IMG/VR virus record: IMGVR_UViG_3300035701_009377
Location: 11,408 to 75,407 of that record
Source: a virus
Length of the DNA: 64,000 bases
Direction: 5' to 3' (one strand)
The translations under genes were made by a program, and so were the position numbers. This document shows, in pieces, positions 26,783 to 36,007 of the stretch (position 1 is its first letter; each line of letters begins with the position of its first letter). The notes beneath the pieces were generated by a model. The model was not told the origin of the DNA. It saw only the letters and a list, made by a program, of their open reading frames with translations, and searched no databases.

Positions 26783-29440
26783 TTGAAAGTCACCGAAGCC
26801 TTCCGCAATTTCCTCCAAGCCCGAAAGACGGCGGCCAATGCCGATCTTGCGGACGCCTGGACGCCAGCAATGGAGACGCAGTTGAACGTGGCTCCAGGGA
26901 AAGGCGAGCCGGTCGCCGGGAAACGGTCAACCTGGTCGGACGGGATCAACAGTTGGTTCAACATCCGCATCCCCAAGAACGCCGCCACCGACCCCTCCTT
27001 TGACGATTACACGCTCACCTTCCCGCTCGAAGAGCACGCCGAGGGGATCGGCTGTACGGGTTGGGATTGGCAGAACCGCTCGTCGCGGTGGGTCGGCTTC
27101 GACTTCGATGCCATTACCGGCCATGCCAAGGGAGTCGGCATTTCGGACGAAGCCTTGCAGCAGGTCAAGGAAGCCGCCTGCGCGCTGCCATACGTCGAAG
27201 TCCGCAAGAGCACCGGCGGGGGCGGCATCCACCTGTACGTGCGCTTCGATGGCATCCCCACGGCGAATCACACCGAGCACGCTGCCTTGGCCCGATGCGT
27301 GTTGGGCATGATGGCGAGTGAAACCGGCTTCGACTTCGCCAGTCAGATCGACGCCTGCGGTGGAGTGATGTGGATTTGGCACCGCAAGATGACGGCCGCC
27401 AACCAGGGGCTTTCCATCATCAAGCCGGCGACCAAGGTGCTCACCGCTGCCGACCTGCCGGCTAACTGGCGGGACCACATCGAGGTCGTGACCCGACGCC
27501 GCACGAAGGTCCGCATCAACGAGATCGCGGAGGAGTACCTAGACCCCTTCGAGGCGTTGGCCTCGTCCCGGAGGATCGTCCCGTTGGACAAGAGCCACAA
27601 GGCCCAGATCGAGGCCCTGATGCGATCCAACTTCACTACGCTCTGGATCGCCGACCACCATCTGCTACAGACCCATACCTGCGCCCTGAAAGCCTTGATG
27701 GAAGGAGAAGAGGCCAAGGAACTCAAGCTGACGGGCCTTTTCAGGACAAACAGCGAGGGGCGCGACCCCGGCTCTCCCAACTGTTTCCTCTTTCCGCTCC
27801 CCAATGGCGCGTGGAAGGTCTACCGCTTTTCGCAAGGCGTGGGCGAGGCAGAGACCTGGACGCAGGATGGTCAGGGGTGGACTACCTGCTACTTCAACCG
27901 GGCACCCGATTTGGGAACCGTCTGCAAGGCGTTCGGCGGGGTCGAAGACCCGGACCAAGGCGGCTACGTCTTCGCGACCGCCGACAAGGCCGTCGAAGCC
28001 GCCCGCGTCCTGGGTCAGGAGATCGAGCTTTCCGACAAACGGATGCAGGCCCGCCGCGCGACGCTCAAGGCCCACAAGGACGGCCGCCTGGTGGCCCAGA
28101 TCGAGAGTGCTAAAGACGACAGGCAATTGCCCAACTGGCTCGACAAAAAGGGCAAGTGGGTGCGCGTCTTCGACGTGAAGATCGACGCCGAGAAAAAGGA
28201 CGATCTGGGCTCCACGGAATACGACAGCCTCGTCCGCGCCATCAAGACTACCGGCAAGCACTTCACCGGCTGGGCCGTCAGGGACAACGAGGAGTGGGTC
28301 TGGCAGCCGAGCGGCAACGTCAAGACCTATTTGCAGGACATGGGCCTTCCCAGGAACGAAGCGGAAGCGATCATGGGCGGAGCCGTCAAGCGGTCTTGGA
28401 AGCTCGTGAACATCCCCTTTCACCCGGAGTATCCCGGCGGGCGGCAATGGAACATGGACGCTGCGCAGTTCCGCTTCAAGCCGGTCGAGCTGGCCGAAGA
28501 CGAAGCCCCGCTCCATCCGCACTGGGACTTGATCTTCAATCACTTTGGGACCGACTTGACCCCGGCCCTCCAAGAATTGGCCTGGGCACGAGAGGCCGGG
28601 ATCAAGACGGGAGGCGACTACATGAAGATGTGGCTGGCCTGCTCCTTCCGCGACCCGTTCGAGCCAGCGCCCTACATCTTCGCCTACGGGCCGGAGGACT
28701 GCGGCAAGTCGATCATCCACGAAGCGATCAAGCTGCTTGTGACCAAGGGCGTCGTCGAAGCCGACGGCGCTCTGGGCAGCAATAACGACTTCAACGGCGA
28801 GCTGGCCAACGCGGTTCTGTGCGTGGTCGAAGAAGTTGACCTCACCAAGGCCAAGGGCGCGCACGCCAAGATCAAGAAGTGGGTGACGAGCCTTGTCCTC
28901 TCCATCCGCCAGATGCGAACCGACCGCTATGAACAGCCCAACACCACGCACTGGATTCAGTGCGCCAACGACCCGAAAAATTGCCCCGTCTTTCCCGGCG
29001 ACACGCGCATCACGGTCATCTACGTCAACGACCTGCCGCCCAAGGCGAAGATTCCCAAGAAGGAACTTCTGCTGAAACTCGAAGCGGAAGCGCCGCACTT
29101 CATGCGAACGCTCTTGGACCTGCAACTACCGACCGTCCAGGACCGCTTGCGGCTGCCGGTCGTCGCCACGGCCCGCAAGCTTCAAGCGGAAGAAAGCAAC
29201 CGCACGCTTCTGGAACAGTTCATCGCGGAGTGCTGCATCGAGAGAATGGGCGAGCGCACCCTGTACAAAGACTTCTTCGACCGATTCGAGGCGTGGATGG
29301 ACCCCGCCGAGCGGCACCACTGGTCGCGGATAGCGACCATCAGGGAGCTTCCCATCCGCTTCCCCGCCGTCAACGGCCACGCCAACAAGAAGTACGTCAG
29401 CAACCTCGTGCTGCGACCGGAGACCGGCGAGCCGTGTTAA
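26783..29440 (+). CDS. Primase-helicase (AEP/prim-pol N-terminus, SF3/D5-like helicase C-terminus)
   Basis: FDFD, STGGGGIHLY primase motifs; GPEDCGKS Walker A, VVEE Walker B, CAN motif C. Confidence 0.88.
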   Translation: MKVTEAFRNFLQARKTAANADLADAWTPAMETQLNVAPGKGEPVAGKRSTWSDGINSWFNIRIPKNAATDPSFDDYTLTFPLEEHAEGIGCTGWDWQNRSSRWVGFDFDAITGHAKGVGISDEALQQVKEAACALPYVEVRKSTGGGGIHLYVRFDGIPTANHTEHAALARCVLGMMASETGFDFASQIDACGGVMWIWHRKMTAANQGLSIIKPATKVLTAADLPANWRDHIEVVTRRRTKVRINEIAEEYLDPFEALASSRRIVPLDKSHKAQIEALMRSNFTTLWIADHHLLQTHTCALKALMEGEEAKELKLTGLFRTNSEGRDPGSPNCFLFPLPNGAWKVYRFSQGVGEAETWTQDGQGWTTCYFNRAPDLGTVCKAFGGVEDPDQGGYVFATADKAVEAARVLGQEIELSDKRMQARRATLKAHKDGRLVAQIESAKDDRQLPNWLDKKGKWVRVFDVKIDAEKKDDLGSTEYDSLVRAIKTTGKHFTGWAVRDNEEWVWQPSGNVKTYLQDMGLPRNEAEAIMGGAVKRSWKLVNIPFHPEYPGGRQWNMDAAQFRFKPVELAEDEAPLHPHWDLIFNHFGTDLTPALQELAWAREAGIKTGGDYMKMWLACSFRDPFEPAPYIFAYGPEDCGKSIIHEAIKLLVTKGVVEADGALGSNNDFNGELANAVLCVVEEVDLTKAKGAHAKIKKWVTSLVLSIRQMRTDRYEQPNTTHWIQCANDPKNCPVFPGDTRITVIYVNDLPPKAKIPKKELLLKLEAEAPHFMRTLLDLQLPTVQDRLRLPVVATARKLQAEESNRTLLEQFIAECCIERMGERTLYKDFFDRFEAWMDPAERHHWSRIATIRELPIRFPAVNGHANKKYVSNLVLRPETGEPC

Positions 29441-29607
29441 TCCGCGTCTACCGAACCGAGCCTTGTACCCCGTCCGTGCTCCGAGCGTCCATGCTCGCCG
29501 AAGTGGAAGTAGGCAGACCGCCCGAAGACCCAGACCTTTTCGCCGACAACTATGGCGGCGATTTCATTGAGATTGAACCCCTTGACCCCGAGGACAAGAC
29601 ACCATGA
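29434..29607 (+). CDS. Small acidic hypothetical protein
   Basis: GTG overlaps the primase stop; stop overlaps the next ATG. Confidence 0.55.
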   Translation: MLIRVYRTEPCTPSVLRASMLAEVEVGRPPEDPDLFADNYGGDFIEIEPLDPEDKTP

Positions 29608-30086
29608 CGCAGATCAAGGATTCCGGCACCCGTTCCAACTTCACGACCGGCGCAGTCCGGGACGGACAAGACGGCAAAGGCCGCATGGACCTCTTGCCCG
29701 TTCGGGCGCTGATCGAGGTCGCCAAGATATTCGAGGCCGGAGCGAAGAAGTACGCCGCAAGGAATTGGGAGAAGGGAATCCCGCTCTCCCGCTACATGGA
29801 CAGCGGCTTGCGCCACGCCATGAAATGGCTGCGGGGCGACCGGGACGAGCCGCACCTGGCGATGGCCTGCTGGAACTTCCTCTGCCTGCAAGACACGCAG
29901 CTTCGCATCACCGAAGGGCTGCTGCCGATGGAACTCAACGATCTGCCCTGCAATCCCATCCCACGGACGCCGGAAGCCAGGGCTACGCTGATCGACACGT
30001 CGCGACTGACTATCCGCCGACAGCGTAAAGGCACCCGAGAGGCCAAGAACCCCGTCTACCAGAAGACGAGGAAGAGCCGTGGTTAA
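29604..30086 (+). CDS. dATP/dGTP diphosphohydrolase-like protein (DUF5664)
   Basis: TGAVRD...KGRMDLLP, GAKKY..RNWEKG, RH, E.HLA. Confidence 0.88.
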   Translation: MTQIKDSGTRSNFTTGAVRDGQDGKGRMDLLPVRALIEVAKIFEAGAKKYAARNWEKGIPLSRYMDSGLRHAMKWLRGDRDEPHLAMACWNFLCLQDTQLRITEGLLPMELNDLPCNPIPRTPEARATLIDTSRLTIRRQRKGTREAKNPVYQKTRKSRG

Positions 30087-30693
30087 AGTCTACTCGGGCC
30101 TGGTCCACCTCAACGGCAACCTCATGGCGGCCGTCGATCTGGAAACGACTGGCACGCAGCCGGGCTACCACGAGATCATCCAGATTGCCGTCGTGCCCTT
30201 GGACTCGGACTTTAAGTTGCCGGAAGGCGTGCGGCCATTCTACACCTACATCAGGCCCAACTACCCGGAGCGGGAGACGCCGGCCGCCACGCAGAAGCAC
30301 AAGATTCCGATGACGGAACTTCTGCTCCACGCGCCGAGTTCCGAGCGTGTGCAAGATTGGCTGGTTGAGTGGTGGGAGGCATTGGACCTGCCGTTCCAGA
30401 AAAGCCTGGTGCCGCTGGCTCACAACTGGGCCTTCGAGTCCAGCTTCTTGAAGGCGTGGCTGGGCGTGCCACTGGTGGACAAGCTCTTTCACAGCCATGC
30501 CAGGGACTCGATGCTCTATGCCATCTCGCTCAATGACCGCTACGCCTGCGCCGGCGAGCCGGTCCCCTTCAATCGCGTCAGCCTCGGCTCGCTCTGCAAC
30601 AAGCTCGACATCGTGAACACCAATCCCCACGACGCTTTGGCCGACTGCTTGGCCGAGGCCGAGGTCTACCGCACGCTGCTGCGGATGTACTGA
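30079..30693 (+). CDS. DEDDh 3'-5' exonuclease (DnaQ-like)
   Basis: DLETTG, AHNWAFE, HDALAD. Confidence 0.9.
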   Translation: MVKVYSGLVHLNGNLMAAVDLETTGTQPGYHEIIQIAVVPLDSDFKLPEGVRPFYTYIRPNYPERETPAATQKHKIPMTELLLHAPSSERVQDWLVEWWEALDLPFQKSLVPLAHNWAFESSFLKAWLGVPLVDKLFHSHARDSMLYAISLNDRYACAGEPVPFNRVSLGSLCNKLDIVNTNPHDALADCLAEAEVYRTLLRMY

Positions 30694-30704
30694 GAAAGGC
30701 CGCG

Positions 30705-31166
30705 ATGGGCGATACGAAGACCGCATACCCGCCATGCGCAAAACGGCTCGAAGGCAAGGTCAATAGGGTCGTGACGCACGCCAAGTGCAATGACCGCTCC
30801 AAGGACCGTTGCGGGCAACTCGTCAGGTCAGCGGACTGCCAGCGCTGCATCGCCGGCCCGGAAGCTGAACAGCCCGAATCCTCCAACAAAGAAGCCGACG
30901 GCGCGCCGGTCCCTGAGCCGCCGGGCCTGGTGCGCCGGGCGCTTTCCTACGCGGAGGCCCTTGCCCAATGGACGGCCGCCGGCCGACCCGAACGGTCGGA
31001 CAAGGATGTCGAGCACATCTTCACCGCCTTCTGCAAGCCCTGCCGCTGGTTCCATCGCCACCGGCAAATCTGCCGGGGCTGTGGCTGCCGCGTGGCCGAC
31101 AAGGGATTCGCTATCACCAACAAGATCAAGATGGCCACCGAACACTGCCCACGAAACCTGTGGTGA
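30705..31166 (+). CDS. Cys-rich hypothetical protein
   Basis: CxxC pairs; C-terminal C..CGC...KIKMATEHCP...W. Confidence 0.7.
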   Translation: MGDTKTAYPPCAKRLEGKVNRVVTHAKCNDRSKDRCGQLVRSADCQRCIAGPEAEQPESSNKEADGAPVPEPPGLVRRALSYAEALAQWTAAGRPERSDKDVEHIFTAFCKPCRWFHRHRQICRGCGCRVADKGFAITNKIKMATEHCPRNLW

Positions 31167-31171
31167 GAGCC

Positions 31172-31558
31172 ATGCCCTGCGATTGCCCGGAAGAACAACC
31201 TAGACCGACGCCGACCGGCGGCTGCAACTATCTCGTCTATTCTGGCGGCCCGCTGTCGAGCTTCTATCGCCTCGTGGAACAGGCCATCCCCGACGTGGAA
31301 CTCGCGCACAGCCGCCCCACCGTCCACGCAGACGGATCATTAGAATTTCCCGGCTCCCCGCCCGAACTGGCCGGCTATCGCCGCGACGGCCAGCGCCTCC
31401 ATCCTATCTGGCCGCCATGCACGCTACGGATGCTCAAGGTCCAGGTCATCGACGCCACGTTGAAGATCGAGGGCGTCTGCGGCAATCCCCAGGCAGAGCA
31501 TTTCGGCCACATGGCTGCCGTAGACCAGTGCCGCGATTGTCCGACACGGCGGTCCTGA
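31172..31558 (+). CDS. Cys-rich hypothetical protein
   Basis: MPCDC...WPPC..R...C...C..C; GAGAG upstream. Confidence 0.65.
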   Translation: MPCDCPEEQPRPTPTGGCNYLVYSGGPLSSFYRLVEQAIPDVELAHSRPTVHADGSLEFPGSPPELAGYRRDGQRLHPIWPPCTLRMLKVQVIDATLKIEGVCGNPQAEHFGHMAAVDQCRDCPTRRS

Positions 31559-31675
31559 TCTCATCCCCGGAATACAAGACGCCCAGGCGGAAATCCACCT
31601 GGGCATCTCATTCAACCGCGCCTTCGCCCACCAGCCGCACCAACACGCCCGGCCGCCCCGTCTCGTAGACCTTTG

Positions 31676-31855
31676 CTACTTCCCGCGCCGCAGACGCCCC
31701 AGCGTCTTGGCCAGATTGACCTGGCGCTTCGTCGTGGGTGAAATGGTCTTTGGTGGGTGCGTTATGTAGGCTCCCAGCGACATTCCGGCGGCCTTCGCTT
31801 TGCGCGTCAGCGCGCCGGGGTGCTGGATCGCACCCTGAATCCACTTCTTCGCCAT
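31676..31855 (-). CDS. Small basic phage protein (MAKKWIQGAIQHPGAL...)
   Basis: GGGAG RBS; resembles the KWIQ.AI..PGAL...LAKTL family of small phage proteins. Confidence 0.75.
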   Translation of the reverse strand: MAKKWIQGAIQHPGALTRKAKAAGMSLGAYITHPPKTISPTTKRQVNLAKTLGRLRRGK

Positions 31856-31880
31856 TTTCTGGCTCCCTTCTGATTGAGGT

Positions 31881-32660
31881 TCACGGACAAACGTAAGAAA
31901 CATACAGATCGTAGACATAGCGATCCACGTCAAACGCCCCGATCCAGAGCGTTTCATACCATCGAGCGGCAGCATAGTCATAGTGGTAGCCCATGCTGAT
32001 CGGCTGGTCGTAGTAGACGTGACTTCCGGCCGACTCGCTGCTCTGGTAGCTTGGAGTAAGAGCTGGCACCCATCCCGAACCAACGACCGTCGAGTCCATA
32101 TTGCTGCACTGATACCAATACTCGTCTTGGCCGCCAACCTGCCGGATTTGTCCAGTATCAACCCAGCGGTCCTGGTAGATGCAATTGAGCCAGTGCAGGT
32201 GCCGCAGCGTGTAGTGAATGATCTGGCCCCCAGGCCCGCCGATGCACTCCACCAGATGCGCCATCGCATCCGTTCCGATGATGGCGGCAGCCGCCTCGTA
32301 GGTGATGTTCCCGTAGAGGTACTGCGTCACCGCGTTGGCCCCTTGCGAGCCGCCGGGTACGCAACACGGCTCATGGGGTTGGCAGTCGCACCAGCCGTCG
32401 TCAATGGCAGCGTCAAGCTCGTCGATGATCGCCTTGAGCCACTTGCCGGTAGAAGGGACGTTGAAGACGTTGTTGGAACAAATCTCCACGAGCTTGCCGC
32501 GTGCCGCCGCGATGTCCGCCGCACTCCATCGGTGCGGCGCGGTCACCAGCGGCAACCCATCCAGGGCATCGCAGCCCTCGGGTGGATTGGCGGCCAGCAC
32601 ATTGATCCGCTCAATCAGGCCGTTCCATGCTTCCAGCGTCAGTGGACAGGTGGCAGCCAT
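31881..32660 (-). CDS. Putative tail-tip or receptor-binding accessory protein
   Basis: Last large gene of the tail block; Cys-rich linker and Tyr/Trp-rich C-terminus. Confidence 0.5.
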   Translation of the reverse strand: MAATCPLTLEAWNGLIERINVLAANPPEGCDALDGLPLVTAPHRWSAADIAAARGKLVEICSNNVFNVPSTGKWLKAIIDELDAAIDDGWCDCQPHEPCCVPGGSQGANAVTQYLYGNITYEAAAAIIGTDAMAHLVECIGGPGGQIIHYTLRHLHWLNCIYQDRWVDTGQIRQVGGQDEYWYQCSNMDSTVVGSGWVPALTPSYQSSESAGSHVYYDQPISMGYHYDYAAARWYETLWIGAFDVDRYVYDLYVSYVCP

Positions 32661-32669
32661 GCTTGCACC

Positions 32670-35582
32670 TCAATCTTGCAGGAACGCCGTTCCTGCGCCG
32701 AACACTTCGCCTTCCGAGTCGAACTGGAAGTCGAACTCGTGCTCACCGCTCTCCTGGTCCCAAAAGGCAACGTCCGTGCGGATGCACAGGTACTCGTCGC
32801 CGAACTTGAAGACATCCGTGAGCGGGCGGGGGCTGTCCAGGTGCTCCGAGTCCGCCACCATCGCCTCGCGGCTCAGGGCCAATTTCTGGTTCTCGCCATC
32901 CTTGACGATCCCCGCGAGGATCGACGACAGGTAGGCTGTCTTCGTCTCATTCGGGTCCGACGTATCGAGCACCTTAGTCTTGTTCAGGTCCAGGGTGATC
33001 TCCGTGGCCGTCGTGGCGTGCGGCGTGATGGCCGGCAGGCCGCGGCGAGGGTACGTCCGTAAGTTCAAGCGCGGGCGCGAGCCGGGCGAGAGGTTCACGT
33101 AAGTGGACGAGTCCACCACCGGCTGGGCCGTAAAGCCGGCGTCCGTAGGCGTCTTGTCGCCGCGGTCGCTCTGCGACGTGAAGACGACGTTCGGACCACC
33201 CACGAAAATGATGTCCCCTTCGGGGATCGTGGACGTATCACCCACGGGCAAGCTCCCCGTTGCGCCCGAACCTATCCCGTCGCCGCCTGCACAGCCGGCG
33301 GCAATCTCGTCGGCTGGCGGCCAAGTCTCATTCTGCGAAAGGGCCGCCGGCCAGAAGAAATGGTATTGCTCCATTGCGCCGGACACGACGGGGACCAGAC
33401 ACTCGAAATCGACGCAGTTGTCCGCTGAGTTGTAGTTGGCCTTCTCGACCATCGCCAACACGGGACCATTAGCCACGTAGGGGGTGGCGAAGTCCAGCGT
33501 CACGGCGTCGAAGGTTTCCAGGTTCAGCTTGTTCAGGAACGTCTTCAGCTTGAGCCGCTTCCAAGTGTTCGACTTACGGATCAGCCAGAACGTCGCGCAC
33601 TTATATATAATGTCAGGCTGGTTGTAGATGTAGAAGTCGTACTCCTGCTCCTGGGTGCCGTATTTGGCGACATTGTGCCGCAGGATGATGGTCTTCTCCG
33701 CCTTGTCCTTCGCCTGGTCCGAAAGGTCGGCCCAACTCTGCCGCCACTTCACCTTCATCTTGGTCACGATCTCTTCGGTGGCGGTAAGTTCTACCTCGAT
33801 GCCGCCCTCGGCGTCGATGTCGCTCACGGTAATCGGGCCGGCCGGCGTCGGCTCCTCGGGCAGGTATTTCAAGTAGAACAGCCCATTGCTAATCCACAGG
33901 GCGCAGCGGGCCTGGAAGGCAATCTCTTGCAAGACCTGGATGGTGTTCTTCCGCTCCAAAAGCGGAAAGTTCGCAGGGAACGGCTGGAGCTTCTCCTGGA
34001 GGTGATCGAAGGATGCCTCGTCCCAATCCAGATCGGTGTAGTGGAGAATCAGGTATCTGAGGATTTCCACGATGTCCGGGCCGACGCTCGACTCGAAGGT
34101 GACGTAAAGATCGTCGCTCCAGCCCTGGTCCGTGATGGAAGAAAGTGGCTTGGCGACGACAATCTGCACCGCCGTCACTGAGCCGTAGGTCTGGGTCGTG
34201 ACCGTGTACAGGTCGGTCGGCACGTCTACCAGCCGCCGCTCGCCGGTGAGTTGCTTGTAGGCTTTGACCGCCAAGACGGTGCCCGGCACGATGGAAGCGA
34301 TGTAGGTAATCGGCTCGTCGCTGGCAACCTTCACCGATGCGCCGGGATCGGCCCAGAAGTGCTGGGCCACCGGCTCGGTGTCCATCTGGTGCGTGGTGGC
34401 CTGGGTGTTCGTCATCACCGCCCCCTCGTCGATGATCTTATTTCCCTTCGGGAACCCATCGCCATAGCCATTGGGGACTTCCGACTCGTAGCGATAGTAG
34501 CTCCGCTGTGTCGGCTCCAGACAGACCGCCGGCTCCTCGGTCTTCTCCGTATACGCGGAGGCTGCGGTGGCATCGTTTGCCGGATGCTCTCGGCTTTGGA
34601 CGTGGAACACGTCGCCCTCGAAGTACCCGGTGAACAGGCCGCCGTTGACGTTGATGGTGATGGTCCGAGCCTGCGGAAAATCCTCGCCGCCGAGGATGCG
34701 GATGGGATTCTCGCCCAGACCCTTGGCGTTGGCCTCGTCGATTTGCTGTTGCCGGCGGGCCAGGGCGCAGGCCCGTTGGCGGTCGCGCCGCGCCACGGCT
34801 TGCAGGATTTGCTGGTTGAGTGAGTCGATCTGCTTTTGGATGTCGGCCGCCTTTTGGGCATCAACCGGCGGATGGGCAAAGGGTGCCCAACAGTCCTTCA
34901 CCCTCTTGAGGTGATTGATCTGAACGAGCATCTGCAAAAGGCTGAGCGTGAATTGCGAGTCGTCGGCACCATCCGGCAGCGAGGCCCATAGGTCCATGCC
35001 GCTCAAGACGCCTACGCCGGTAAGCGTCGTGCCCATGACCGCCTTGTTGACTTGCAGCGTGGGACAATTGACCACCGTGCCGAAGATCATCGGCCATGCC
35101 TTTCCCACCATGTCCGCCGGCAGGTAGGGAAACTGCCCTTCCTCGGCCGAAAAGCCGATTTCCTTGTCTTCCAGTTGCGACAGGATCGTGAACTTGACAG
35201 TGCGGTCCCGCTCGCTCCAAGTGATGGGCGAACTCAGCTTGCCGCTAAAGAGCAGGAACTTGTCGGAAAGTTCGAGGCCGGTGAAATACTGGAAGACCCG
35301 ACAGGTCCGCTTGTGAACGTCGTGGCTATCGAGGATGTCCTTGATGCTGCCGTCCGTGTCGTCCAGCGTGACGGCAAGTTCCTGCGAGCCGCTGTTGCTA
35401 CTGACGCCCACGACGTTATCCAAGTCGCCGACCTCGACGATCCGTCCTGGAATGTCGCCTACGGTGCGGTCGGCATAGACGGCCGTGCTGCCGTCCACCC
35501 AATCCACCTCGATGATGGTGATGGGTTCATTGCCGTATCGGTTTGCCAGCTTGGCTAGTCCGGCTGCGGATATGCTTCTCAC
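32670..35582 (-). CDS. Tail tip / baseplate hub protein
   Basis: About 970 aa after the Dit-like genes; P.IFG, YG..E pattern; GTGA overlap start. Confidence 0.7.
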   Translation of the reverse strand: MRSISAAGLAKLANRYGNEPITIIEVDWVDGSTAVYADRTVGDIPGRIVEVGDLDNVVGVSSNSGSQELAVTLDDTDGSIKDILDSHDVHKRTCRVFQYFTGLELSDKFLLFSGKLSSPITWSERDRTVKFTILSQLEDKEIGFSAEEGQFPYLPADMVGKAWPMIFGTVVNCPTLQVNKAVMGTTLTGVGVLSGMDLWASLPDGADDSQFTLSLLQMLVQINHLKRVKDCWAPFAHPPVDAQKAADIQKQIDSLNQQILQAVARRDRQRACALARRQQQIDEANAKGLGENPIRILGGEDFPQARTITINVNGGLFTGYFEGDVFHVQSREHPANDATAASAYTEKTEEPAVCLEPTQRSYYRYESEVPNGYGDGFPKGNKIIDEGAVMTNTQATTHQMDTEPVAQHFWADPGASVKVASDEPITYIASIVPGTVLAVKAYKQLTGERRLVDVPTDLYTVTTQTYGSVTAVQIVVAKPLSSITDQGWSDDLYVTFESSVGPDIVEILRYLILHYTDLDWDEASFDHLQEKLQPFPANFPLLERKNTIQVLQEIAFQARCALWISNGLFYLKYLPEEPTPAGPITVSDIDAEGGIEVELTATEEIVTKMKVKWRQSWADLSDQAKDKAEKTIILRHNVAKYGTQEQEYDFYIYNQPDIIYKCATFWLIRKSNTWKRLKLKTFLNKLNLETFDAVTLDFATPYVANGPVLAMVEKANYNSADNCVDFECLVPVVSGAMEQYHFFWPAALSQNETWPPADEIAAGCAGGDGIGSGATGSLPVGDTSTIPEGDIIFVGGPNVVFTSQSDRGDKTPTDAGFTAQPVVDSSTYVNLSPGSRPRLNLRTYPRRGLPAITPHATTATEITLDLNKTKVLDTSDPNETKTAYLSSILAGIVKDGENQKLALSREAMVADSEHLDSPRPLTDVFKFGDEYLCIRTDVAFWDQESGEHEFDFQFDSEGEVFGAGTAFLQD

Positions 35583-35977
35583 TGCTCGACTCCCTCGAAC
35601 TCCAAGTCGATCATCTGCGCCTCGCCGACCGGCCACGGGGCAATTGCCGGCCCGGCCTTGTCGGGCGTGTCGAACTCGAACGGGTTATTCGTGAAATTGC
35701 CCACCCACGTCCGGCCGTTGTGGTCGGTGACCTTCACCGGCGAGGCGAAGTAGGCGAAAAGAAAAGCCCGCAATTCAAGGCCCTTGTTGCGCATCAGCCG
35801 GAAGGTCCACTTCAGCTTCCGGCGATCGCCCTTCCGCTTGACGTAGGTGTAGCGAGTACCATCCATCGCCGTCTTGCGCGCCACGGTCGCCGTTAGACCC
35901 TCCTGGTCGCTAAACTGCGGGTTGGGCAGCAGCGTCGTGGTCTGCAACATCGGGTAGGGGGCTTGCAGCGTGAACAT
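35579..35977 (-). CDS. Distal-tail (Dit)-like minor tail protein
   Basis: Size and position; homologous to the C-terminal domain of the upstream gene. Confidence 0.6.
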   Translation of the reverse strand: MFTLQAPYPMLQTTTLLPNPQFSDQEGLTATVARKTAMDGTRYTYVKRKGDRRKLKWTFRLMRNKGLELRAFLFAYFASPVKVTDHNGRTWVGNFTNNPFEFDTPDKAGPAIAPWPVGEAQMIDLEFEGVEQ

Positions 35978-36007
35978 GGTCTCTCCTTGCCAAGCATTAA
36001 GTCGGCA

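Noticed and set aside
29604-30086. Z-genome (2-aminoadenine) or 7-deazaguanine pathway
   Set aside because: DUF5664 is present but no PurZ, DatZ, QueC/QueD, FolE or DpdA was recognised, and adenine methylases suggest normal adenine
31881-32660. Diversity-generating retroelement target
   Set aside because: No reverse transcriptase and no template/variable repeat pair found
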